Positions 10,800-22,100 of a stretch of DNA of 40,520 bases are shown here, piece by piece. The notes under the pieces were generated by a model, which was not told the origin of the DNA, searched no databases, and saw only the letters and a program-made list of their open reading frames with translations. Origin of the DNA: Saprolegnia diclina VS20 (lineage: Eukaryota); the NCBI RefSeq assembly GCF_000281045.1, contig NW_008246077.1, forward strand, positions 1-40,520, given 5' to 3'. The translations under genes and the position numbers were made by a program. Position 1 is the stretch's first letter. Every line of letters begins with the position of its first letter.

Positions 10800-10995
10800 T
10801 TCGCGTAAAATACAATAGCACGATAATATCTTTGGCCGCAGCCTTGGCCATGGCTGCGTTGATGACGCTGCGATCCGTGTTGCTTGTTCTGAGGACAACC
10901 GAGCTGGTCGTCCACGCCGGATCCTGAGCCGCATCACCGGGTGTCAGCTCGTGGTAAGCGCCTTCACGAGCCAATCCGTGATGGCTTGTATACCG
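10800..10995 (-). pseudogene. Possible PIF1/Helitron-type helicase fragment
   Basis: Translation AYHELTPGDAAQDPAWTTSSVVLRTSNTDRSVINAAMAK resembles the motif IV region (..TSNxxRxxIN) of PIF1-family helicases. It is short and isolated. Confidence 0.3.
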
Positions 10996-11239
10996 CTCGA
11001 AGAGCTCTTGCAAGACTTTCGGCAACTTCCCGATTGCTATCCCAAAGGGTCACGATTCGTATCACGTACTAGGTTGCTTCTCTTCGTAATCCGCACGTCA
11101 CGACCGTCATCGTGTCGACGCTGCAGACCGTTCTTCTAGTTGCTTGAGCTCTTCGAATCGTGACCCAAAGGGTCACGATTCGTTACCCTTTGGGATAGCA
11201 ATCGGGAAGTTGCCGAAAGTCTTGCAAGAGCTCTTCGAG
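10996..11239. repeat. 244-bp inverted-repeat element with ~64-bp arms and a nested perfect 13-bp hairpin
   Basis: 10996-11059 matches the reverse complement of 11176-11239 with 2 mismatches. The internal hairpin CGAATCGTGACCC-AAA-GGGTCACGATTCG lies at 11154-11182. No TSD is visible. Confidence 0.85.
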
Positions 11240-13656
11240 GGCTGCAAGCTTTTTTTTGCGTCATGATCCTTTATATGTATATAGTGCCTCGATTATTCTG
11301 GTTTTACGAAATTTGAGCGAAATCAGGCCATTAACGAGTTGTCGCTTCTTGATCCACTTTCGAAAAGCCAAGGCGAAGCCGCTCCTCCCACTGCAGCAAC
11401 GCCTCACCTCCCGTCTCAGTCGTACCCTGCCGGCCGACAGATGCCGCGGTCATCTATCGCTGCGTGGCCGGGCATCGAACAATGCGTTCGCCCGGTGGCT
11501 CGACGTGAACTTACCTGTGTCCTCGTGCACACAATTGGGGGAGTGCGATAATTACCAAGATCGTGTCAAGCTACCGCTGCCAGTCGAAGTCGTGCAGCGC
11601 CACTTTGACCACCTCACGCACAAAGTCGACCTCAGCAGCCAACCGTTCAACCCTCCGCAAAACAACTCGCACAGCCACGTCAACGACGCCAAGAGCGCGC
11701 GCGTCTTCTTCGTTCACATGGATGTCTGCACTATCTCGCCAGAACTTAACGCAATGATGACGAGTATGCCTCCCGACAACCATGGTCTCTTCTACTCCAA
11801 CGAGGAAATTTCCCGACCAGCCTCTTAGGTATAGTATGCGGGACGTTGCGACGTACAAGCAAAATGGCTAGATGAAGATGACCGAATGCAAGGAACCGCT
11901 CTCTATGGCTTACCGAATGGCCGTTGTTGGTAGGCACCGGAATAGCGGGGCTGATTCAGGGCTGCAGCCGACGGCACCTCATGAGTTTGTGAGGCACCAT
12001 GATGACTTTGAACTTCGGCGCATCAAGGACATGAGCTGCGTCACATTGTACGACACTATTGTGGCGTCTTCTTTAGCAATACTACACGTTGGATGCTTCC
12101 CGCTCATCGCACCTGTCGCACCTGCCGCGCGTCCAGATCCTGCCCCGACCTGGCTCGACAAGCTCGGCCCTCACGTAGACTCAGCGGCGCTCATAGAGAT
12201 TCGCCTTGCTGGCTACAGACGTCGTCCAAACTTCGACTGGCGTGTGTTGCCGGCGCACCACCTTGGCGTCTCCGCGACCTAACATCAGCAACCAAGCCGA
12301 GCTGCTGCGCTTGTCCCACTACGNNNNNNNNNNNNNNNNNNNNNNNNNNNNNNNNNNNNNNNNNNNNNNNNNNNNNNNNNNNNNNNNNNNNNNNNNNNNN
12401 NNNNNNNNNNNNNNNNNNNNNNNNNNNNNNNNNNNNNNNNNNNNNNNNNNNNNNNNNNNNNNNNNNNNNNNNNNNNNNNNNNNNNNNNNNNNNNNNNNNN
12501 NNNNNNNNNNNNNNNNNNNNNNNNNNNNNNNNNNNNNNNNNNNNNNNNNNNNNNNNNNNNNNNNNNNNNNNNNNNNNNNNNNNNNNNNNNNNNNNNNNNN
12601 NNNNNNNNNNNNNNNNNNNNNNNNNNNNNNNNNNNNNNNNNNNNNNNNNNNNNNNNNNNNNNNNNNNNNNNNNNNNNNNNNNNNNNNNNNNNNNNNNNNN
12701 NNNNNNNNNNNNNNNNNNNNNNNNNNNNNNNNNNNNNNNNNNNNNNNNNNNNNNNNNNNNNNNNNNNNNNNNNNNNNNNNNNNNNNNNNNNNNNNNNNNN
12801 NNNNNNNNNNNNNNNNNNNNNNNNNNNNNNNNNNNNNNNNNNNATCGCACTGGAAAGTCCACCACCTTCACTATAACTGCACGTTACTAGCCACAACATA
12901 TACATGAAGCACATCCCGTTATGTTATCGCAAAGCTTGGTCCAAGTAATATTGGCGAACCTTCCATACGTGTTGCATCCAAACAGAAGTCGCATCATCTG
13001 ATTGGGCGAGAGGGACATATATGGGCCATAAATCGCTGCTTGCTATTGGTGGAACCTTAATAGTGTGACGCATGACGCAGGCAACGTGTCCAGCCGGGAA
13101 GCGCGCCGCGGCTCTTGCTCACGTGCTCAGCGCGTCGCAGTCATCAGTTCCGACCAAACCTGTGCTCGAATCTTGCATGATGATTGTGCAAAGCTTTATA
13201 TATTGACTGATGAATACGATATATGACTATGGTAGCTTACAATGTGCTTTGCAGGCGTTGTGCATCTCGATCTGCGGGATAGATCCAACCACATCATCTC
13301 GCACACGGCGGGTATGCTTGCTTGCCTACCTTCGCGACGACAAGAAGAGGACACATCCCGTCGCATGCCTTCTTGCACGCTCGGTCCAATCGGTACCACG
13401 TGTAGAGGCCGACTTCGCACGTGGCGGCCAACTTGTCGAGTTGTTGAGGGTGACTTGACGCCGGGGCATGTTCTTGTCATCGCGCTTGCGCTTCTTGCAC
13501 CGAGTCGTCGGGGGAAGTACTTGTGTGTTGCAAGTAGTCGCGCGGTTTACTTCAACGTCGATGAGTTGACTTGACTGCATGTGAGCCACATCGCAGAGAC
13601 CCAGATCCACAGAGCCTTGGTCTGGTGGACGCTGAGCGCGCTGTACAGCAGCAGTA

Positions 13657-13960
13657 TCAAGCGCAGCCGGTTGGGAGCTGACAGTGGATGAAAAGCCCTT
13701 GCGCGCCGTTCGCATCGTTGTCAAGGCGTCGCGGATGCCGCCGAAAGAGGTGCGACTTGGATGCGAGACGACGGCGATCGCGCGGGGCGTACGGGCAGTA
13801 CACCGTGTGCTGCCGGCGGATCCCGCAGAGGATGCAGACCGGAACTCCATTCGGTGCTACGACCCGAGTCTTCGGGCCCGGTCGATCCGCTCGGACTCGC
13901 GCTCGGACCTTGCGCGTGCGCTCTTCCATCTCTCTGTGGCTCTGAGGCACAGGAGACTCT
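13657..13960 (-). mobile_element. Possible LTR-retrotransposon gag remnant with a zinc-knuckle-like motif
   Basis: KTRVVAPNGVPVCILCGIRRQHTVYCP (C-x2-C-x5-H-x3-C) in an Arg-rich context. No pol is adjacent. Confidence 0.35.
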
Positions 13961-14351
13961 CGCCAGGAAATTAGAAGTCGCGTCCAATGAATGTGCAGCA
14001 ACCGGAAGTCTCCGCCAGTCATATTGAGTATATCATTTCTTAGCTATTTGATTGGTAAAAAAAGGCTCAGAGGGGTAGGTCTAGAGTTTGTCGGGTTGCA
14101 ATTACTTGGTTCATACAAATTTTAAGTTTAATTTATGGATAAGGCCCTTGTCGTGCTACCAGCCACGAGAGCGCAGTGCTGGTGTGTACCAGCTTAAACA
14201 CTCAACGAATGCCCGGTTTCCCAGTGGCTGCACCTGTTTCCTTCCTTCTCTTTTCTCTCGCGCCGTGTCCATAAAATTTTAGATTGCAACATTTATGGTG
14301 CATTCGCCGTAATATTTGCATCACGTCGAGGAGATTGCGCGCAAGACCGAT

Positions 14352-15097
14352 TCACCACGGCAGAATAGTGCCGTCAATATCGTAAAACGCAGCTTTGTCG
14401 CCCTTGCGCACGTTGTCTAAGATCGATGCGAGTGCGCGCGCACTTTCCTCGGCCGTTAAGTCACCTTTGTGACCCGTGAAGTCAGTCTTGACGTAGCCCG
14501 GGTGCAGGAGTACAGTCGAGATGCCACGCGGTGCCATGTCGACTGCCAGCGTCTTTGCGATACCGTTGAGAGCTGTCTTTGACGCGCGATATGCGTGGTA
14601 TCCACCTTGCGTATTAAGCTCAATGCTGGCAATCTTGGCCGAGAGGAATGCGGCAATCGCATAGTCGTTTTGCTTGGCCGCAAGCTTGAGGTTGGGCATG
14701 AACGCCTTTGTGACTAGGAACGGACCCACGGCGTTGACTTCCAACTGGCGCAAGAAATCTGCCTTCGTCGTCTTCGTAAGCGAGCTCTTGACGATGATAC
14801 CGGCATTGTTGATGAGCATGTCGATCGGGGCATCAGCGCCAATGGCTGTCGCGGCGGTTGCAACTGACGCTTCGTCAGCGACGTCGAGGGCCACAATGCC
14901 CTCAGGTCCTAGGCTCCGAAGCTAGTGCGTTCATGAGGTTGCTGTTACAGTGATGGACAAAGTAGATAGCGCACCTCTGTGGCCGAGGACGGGTTGCGTA
15001 CTGCGGCAACAACGTTCCAGCCCAAAGCCTTGTAGTGTTTGACCAGCTCGAGGCCAATACCACGGCTCGCACCCGTGATGAGAACACGCTTGGCCAT
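14352..15097 (-). CDS. Short-chain dehydrogenase/reductase, CsgA/C-factor-like, 230 aa; exons 15097-14975 and 14921-14352
   Basis: TGASRGIG cofactor motif, NNAG, YRASK catalytic YxxxK, LHPGYVKTD and a C-terminal ILPW. A 53-nt GT-AG intron lies at 14974-14922. Confidence 0.93.
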
Positions 15098-15356
15098 GTG
15101 TCTTGAGATGAAAATTGACTTGTGTCGTTGCACTTGAGCTTCTTCACTGAAATTGGAACTCGCTGGAGTTCACTGGGGCACAGAGAGATGCGTCCCAAAA
15201 TAACCCGGGCTGCTTTCGTATCATGCATCGCTGTCGAACTAAATGGACAGAAGCTCCTATTCTTGTAAAAAATCTACTGTATCACAAGGAAGGTACGCTT
15301 TACTATTAATAGTGGGTGGCTTTCCATGCAATGTGTTCTCACGTACCCGGGGATTC

Positions 15357-16105
15357 TTACCACGGCAAAATACTACCATCGATGTCGTAGTACTTGGCAT
15401 TGTCACCAAGTTTTGCAGCATCAAGGACAGCCGTCATACCGGCAATGCTCTCGGCTACTGTCAGCTCGCCGCGCATGTCATTCATGTCAGTTTGGACATA
15501 ACCGGGATGTAGCAGCAGCGTTGAGATACCCTTGGGCCCGAGGTCGATCGCGAGGGACTTGATGAGGCTATTAAGGCCTGTCTTCGACGCTCGGTACCCG
15601 AAACAGCTCCCGGCGACGTTGCATTCGATGCTTCCCATTTTGGACGTGATATAGGCGGCAATTGCGTGTCCCTGCATCTTCACGGCAGCGTTCAAGTTGG
15701 GCAGAAATGCCTTCGTGACGAGAAACGGACCGACCGTGTTGACTTCAAGTTGGCGCATGAGATCTTCCTTCGTCGCGTCTGTCAAGGATCGCCCGAGGAG
15801 AATTCCCGCGTTGTTGAGAAGGAGATCGATGGGCGTGTCGGAACCAATCGTTGCCACCGCTGCGTCAATAGACAATTCGTCGACGACGTCCATGGCGACA
15901 ATGCGCTCGAGACCAAGCTTGTGCAGCTAGACATTTCGGGGGCTCTTACGTGGTGTGTATCGTGATAGTTCGCTACCTCGATTGCTGTCGCGGGGTTGCG
16001 TACGGCCGCGATGACGAGCCATCCCTTGGCCTTGTAGTGCTTGGTCAGCTCGAGACCAATGCCGCGGCTGGCACCCGTGATAAGGATGCGCTTCGATGAG
16101 GCCAT
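15357..16105 (-). CDS. Short-chain dehydrogenase/reductase, CsgA/C-factor-like paralog, 232 aa; exons 16105-15977 and 15926-15357
   Basis: Same motifs as the neighbour (TGASRGIG, NNAG, YRASK, LHPGYVQTD, ILPW). A 50-nt intron at 15976-15927 sits at the equivalent position, indicating a tandem duplicate. Confidence 0.93.
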
Positions 16106-16533
16106 CGTCTTGTGAAGTGCAAGTCGGCAAAATGCAAAATACTGAACGGCTGCGCGGCTTGGCAGTGCGGCTTGTGTGAGTGGCCTGCGACATGTGTGTC
16201 TCCGGAATTCCCGCGAGCTCACTCGGTGCGTGAGTGATAAATGTGCGTGATTTCAAAGAAAACGCACCCAAATTGCATACGCAGGTGCATATCTGACCCA
16301 AACCTCGATAGTAGAACGCATGGTAGGAGAGAGTGTCAGCGGCTGGCGCCACTATTATTTAAAAAAACGACGTAGAACGACACCGCACACATACAAACCA
16401 TGAGTAGATTTCGCATTGGGTGACAAATAAATACAATACCACATATCCGGATAAGCCGGATACATCAACGGAACTTTCGAAAGCATGCAAAAGGTTGGCG
16501 CAAGAAGGCCCATTTTGCGATTCTTCCTCCACC

Positions 16534-18907
16534 ATGGCGCACGGACCGACGGACTACGAGCATGCGTCAATTGACAAGCTCAACTCGATGATCGACTCGA
16601 CGGCCGACACGATTCGCGAGCTTCGCGCGGACAAGTCCAAGATGGCCGAAGTTGCTCGTCACGTCAAGACTCTCGTGACCTTGCGCCGCCTCGTCAAGGA
16701 AGCCCAAGAGAAGGCCGCTGAGAACCAGCTCGTAGCTGACGAGCTGCCGGTAGAATCGAAGGAATCCTCTGCAACAGTGCCCTCCGTCGGAACGGATGAC
16801 AACCAGGCCGAGTCTAGCGGCCACCTCGACGCTGCTGTAGCTGTATTGAACGATGAGAAGAAAAAGCTGGAAGCGTCGCTTGAAGCTGCGAAGAAGTCGC
16901 ACCTCGCGCACACTACCGCTTTGGAAGATGAAAAGAAGAAGCTTCAGGCGTCTTTGAAGGAGGCGAAGGAGGCCCACGCCACCGCCGTCGCCGCACTGCA
17001 CAAGAACACACAAGATCTTGAAGCTACTTTGGCCGAGCTCACCAGCGCAAAAGAAGGCGCATCCTCGGCCAACAACGACGACCATAGTCAGCGCCTCGCG
17101 GCAGAGCTCGAAGTTGTTTCTGCCAAGCTTGTCTCTCTCGAGACGTCGTACAAGAGCGTCCAGGATGAGCTTTCGCGCGAGTCGCAACGCTATGCGATCG
17201 AGCTGGAGACGGCCAACAACTTTCACAAGCGCTTCCAGAACGATCTCAAGAAGGTGACGCAAGAACGACAAGACCTCGAGAAGAGCTTGAAGACGGCGGC
17301 TGACGACCACGCATTTGCCATCCAAGCTCTTGAGGACTCACTCGCCGCGAGCCGCGCAGAGCTTGAGAAGGAGTCGCAGGGCTTTTTCCTTCTCAAGGCC
17401 TCGGAGGCAGATCTCAAGAGACAGCTCGAGACTCTCGAGATGTCGCTGCAGGAGCGCCTTGCAGCGGGCAACAAGGCCACAGAAGAGCTTGCAGTGGTTC
17501 GACGCCAACTCAGTCAGACTGATAGCCTGCTTACGGTATTGTACTCGACGTCTATGTTGCCACATCAATGTTTACTTATCGTAGCAAGCGAATCAAGAGC
17601 TCGACCGCGAAATGAAACGCTGGGCCAAGGACCTTGAAGATGAGAAGTGCGCTCACTTGCGTGCCCAAGAAGAGCTGCGCAAAGTTGTGGACGCCAAAGC
17701 CGACATCATCGCAAAGCTCAAGAGCTCGATGACGGAAGTTGATACGCTGCGTGCTGCTCTGTCCTCGGCGCTCGCAACTGAAAAGGAATCAAGCGATGTC
17801 ATTGTGAAGCTGCGGGCTGAAGGTGAGACAAGCCAAAGCCTTTTGGCCTCTCTTGCGGCCGACTTTCAGGCCCAGAAGACGGACCTCGAGCAGTTGAAGG
17901 CGACTACCGAGACGTTGATGTCGGACAAGCATCAACTCCTCGTGGATCTCGACAATGCCAAGGCCGAAGTCGTCAACTTGCTGGAGATGCGCACGACGGA
18001 ACGGTCGGTCGCTGAAAGCAACGAAAAGCTGCTGTGCGAGACGCAAGCGGCGTCCAAGGTGCTCGCTACGAAGCTCGAGGCCCTTGAATCCACCCACACG
18101 GCCATCGTGGCAGACAAAACGGCGCTCGAACATTCTATCACGGTATTGCGTTATGACTGCGACAAATTCTCATCGCTACTGTAGGTCCTCAAAGAAGAGA
18201 AGGCGAGTCTTGTCGAAGCCGCCTCGTTGAGTACTGCCGAGCTTGTCCGTTTGGAGTCGGTCGCTGCGTCTTCGACGTCAGAGGTTGTGTCGCTCAAGGT
18301 GGAACTCACCAACGTCACGGATGACTGCCGTGCGCTGAAGCAGTCGCAAGTTGCATCTGCTGCAGAGCACACGGCAGCCCAAGCGCGGCTTGAGGCAGAC
18401 CTCGCTGCGGAGAAAGCACGCTCTGCTGCCGCCAAGAAGGCCGCCGATCATGCCACGGTCTTGCGCAAGCTCGCAGAGGAGTCGGCAAGCGGGATCAAGA
18501 ACAAGGTTGCGACGCTTGAAGCGGACGTGAAGCAGAAGGAAGTCGAAGCCAAGGAACTGAAGCAGGCAAGTGCGGCGCTGCGCAAGGAAGTTGCGGTGTT
18601 GACAGTTGCGAACGACAAGCTGGCGGCCGAGTCGAAGCAGGCGTTGGCCGAAGCCGAACGGCTGCACGCAGCCACGGACGCGATCAAGGAAGAGTGGATC
18701 CGCTTTCGCAAGGAAAACGGCAAGCTTTCCGAGACGATTGCCGAGCTGCGCAAGGCGCGCACGGTCGTAGCCGAGGAAACCAAGACGCGTGAACTCCCAG
18801 GCGCGAGCACTGCGACGGCGCAGTCGATGGAACAACAACGCAACCTGCTCATCGCCTTTATCGTCGTCGTTTTCATCAGCTGGACCATGAAGCAAGTTAT
18901 GTTCTAG
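16534..18907 (+). CDS. ~760-aa long coiled-coil protein with an N-terminal WHEP-like helix-turn-helix and a C-terminal tail-anchor TM; exons 16534-17535, 17585-18142, 18185-18907
   Basis: Three ORFs are joined in frame by GT-AG introns of 49 and 42 nt. The body is heptad-rich in E/K/A/L. The N-terminal LNSMIDSTADTIRELRADKSKMAEVARHVKTLVTLRRLV is WHEP-like, and NLLIAFIVVVFISW lies just before the stop. Confidence 0.85.
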
Positions 18908-19165
18908 ACGCCATTAAAGGGTTTCAATAGAATGACCAAAGTTGTACAATGAAAGTGCATAAATCGCATGAGCATCGCCTGGAGAGTAGTGGTCAATGCA
19001 TTGCGAAGGGGACGAGGACATGTAGTCAAGCTGCCTGGATGGCGCAGGTCGTTCTTGGTTCTCTCACCCGATCCAGGTGGCAAATGTTATCCGGCCATCC
19101 GGATGGCCATGGATCGGCGGGTGGCGGCCGCGGAACATTTCCGGGTTTAGCGTGTGGTCGGACCC

Positions 19166-22100
19166 ATGTCGGAGGCGCCGATCCAGTACTGCGTATGCCA
19201 GCAGGTGGACAGCGGTACGTGTGCTTCTTGTCGTGGAGACTCTTCTCCGTGTGTGGCCCGCCACTCATGCTGGCTTCGTAGCGGGGCTCATGATCGAGTG
19301 CAGTCGCGGCACGGGCGGCTGCAATAGCTGGGTGCACCCCGCCTGCTGCGGACTCGTTCTCACCGAAACAGAACTCGAGGCCATCGACAGCTACATTTGT
19401 CCGCTCTGCGAGTCGCCGGAAGACGACTTTAGCAAGATGGCGGCGGTCAACACGAAGCGGGCCAACAAGATGGCTCTCAAGGCGCGCGAGAAGTCCAAGC
19501 AGCCCAAAAAGGACAAGAAGAAGAAGGAGAAGAAGGAAAAGAAGGAGAAGAAGCGCAAGCGCGAGAAGAGCGGCGACGACCACAAGTCTTTGACGTGGAA
19601 GTGCAAGGCGTGCGCCGAGGTAAATGACGCGCCCGACTCGGTCTGCGCGTTCTGCGACGCGCCCCGAAAAAGGACATCGTCATCTTCGTCCTCGAGCCAC
19701 AAGCGGTCCAAGACGAGTGAGAACGACGAGAAGAAAAGCCGGCGAAGCCACCGTGACGGACACAACAAGTCGAAGACCACGACGTACCACGTCCCCGACT
19801 CGGACGACGACCTCTCTGAGGCCGAAGTCGACTTTTCCAAGAACGCTATTGCGGTAGTACCCGTTGCTGCGTCGGCGCCAGCGCTCGTTATGACCATCGA
19901 GAAGATTATGGGGCACAAGACGGAGCCGCATGTCCAATTTCTCATCAAGTGGAAGGGCTACTCGTACATGCACGCGTCGTGGGAGACGGAAGAAACTCTC
20001 CTGCAGATTGACCCAAATAACAAGTACAAGATCAAGCGCTTCCTCGAGAAAGTGGCGGGGCCGCGCGAGGTCTCGCCAGATGACGAGGTCGAGTACTTCA
20101 ACCCCGAGTACCTCGAGATCCACCGTATCCTCGACATTCGGCAGGAGGCTGCAGACGAAGCACCCGACGACGGCAAGCGATTGCTCATCAAATGGCGTGT
20201 GCTCTCGTACGCCGAATGCACGTGGGAGCGCGCCTGTGACATCGTGGACGACGATGCGATGAAACGGTACGCCCACCGCGTGACACTGCCACTGTCGCCG
20301 CCCGCGCCCATCCGGCCCTCTATTCGAGACTTCAAGAAGCTCGAGACGTCACCCACGTTCGGCAGTGACGGACGCTTCACCTTGCGCGAGTACCAACTTG
20401 AGGGGCTAAACTGGCTGCGCTGGAACTGGCACAACGCGCGCCCGAGTATTCTCGCCGATGAAATGGGACTCGGCAAGACCATCCAGACGCTGGCGTTCCT
20501 CGACGATATGCGGCAGCAGTACCACATCCCAGGGCCGTTTCTCGTCGTCGCGCCGCTTTCTCTCATCGCGCAGTGGCAGAGCGAGTGCGAGACGTGGACC
20601 GAGATGGACTGCGTCGTGTATCATGGACCGTCCGAGGCGCGGGACATCATTCAACAATACGAGTTTTACCACCTCGTGCACGGCAAGCCCGACAAGAAGA
20701 AGCCGTACAAGTTTCAGATCCTCGTCACGACGTATGAGATTGCGATCAAGGACATTGCACTGCTCTCGAAAATTCAGTGGCAATGCCTCGTCGTGGACGA
20801 GGCTCACCGATTGAAGAACCAGTCGAGTCGCCTCGTCGAACAGATGCGCAGCCTCAAGCGCAGCTACTGCGTCTTGCTCACGGGGACGCCGCTCCAGAAC
20901 AAGACGGAAGAGCTTTGGGCTCTCCTGAACTTTCTTGACCCAGATGCGTTTCCGCAGCTGGCACACTTTATGGGACAGTTTGGGTCTCTGCAAGACGCGA
21001 ACCAGGTTGCAGAGCTGCACAAGATTCTCAAGCCGTACTTGCTGCGTCGCGTGAAAGAAGACGTCGAGAAGTCGTTGCCGCCCAAGGAAGAAACAATCAT
21101 CGAGGTCGAGCTCACGACGGTCCAGAAGCAGTGGTACCGCGCCATCTATGAGCGCAACACTGCGTTCCTCATGCGCGGAACCAACCCGAGCAACGCTCCC
21201 AACTTGATGAACGTCATGATGGAGCTCCGCAAGTGCTGCAACCATCCGTACCTCAACAACGGCGTCGAAGACGCTCTTTGCGAGGGCCTCGAGTCCGAGG
21301 CGCAGCGCTACGAGATGCTCGTCAAGTGCTGCGGCAAGATGGTTCTCCTTGACAAATTGCTTCCACGGCTCAAAGAGGGCGGTCACAAGGTGCTCATCTT
21401 CAGCCAAATGGTTCGCGTCCTGGATCTCCTGGAAGACTACATCCGCAACAGTGGCCACTTGTACGAGCGTCTCGACGGCAACATTCGCGGCAACGAGCGC
21501 CAGGCTGCCGTAGATCGTTTCGTCAAGCCCGAGTACCAGCGCTTCATCATGCTCCTATCTACAAAAGCAGGTGGCCTTGGGCTCAACCTCACGGCGGCGG
21601 ACACGGTCATCATTTACGACTCGGACTGGAATCCGCAGAATGACCTTCAAGCCCAGGCACGTGCACACCGCATTGGACAGACGCACTCGGTCAAGATTTA
21701 TCGCCTCATTACGCGCAAGACGTACGAGATGCACATGTTCCACAAGGCGAGTCTGAAGCTCGGCTTGGACCGGGCCGTGCTTACGCACATGCGTCAAGAA
21801 CAAGATAAAGAGACGAAGAAGCCTGTAACAAAGTCCAAGGTACTGTCTGTTGCGATATATCATATCGGCCATTGAGCGTGTATCGGATGTAGGCCCAAGA
21901 AGCGCAGGAGATCGACGAGCTCTTAAAACGCGGTGCTTACGATGTGTTTCGCGACGAAGATGACGCTTCGGAGCAGTTTTGTTCGGCTGACATCGATACG
22001 CTCCTCCAGCGCAGCTCTCAGATCGTGCAGTACGAAGCACAAGCCCGCGGCTCGTTTTCGAAGGCCAGCTTCGTTTCGGTACCGATATCCTGATGTTGCT

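Noticed and set aside
11256..12323. Broken plus-strand ORFs before the gap (possible LINE ORF1)
   Set aside because: No diagnostic motif, so left unassigned.
12093..12914. Long ORFs spanning 12324-12843
   Set aside because: They are artefacts of translating N runs.
19077..19281. N-terminus of the 932-aa CHD ORF (MANVIRPSGW...)
   Set aside because: It reads through UTR and intron. The micro-exon 19166-19214 supplies the missing PHD cysteines.
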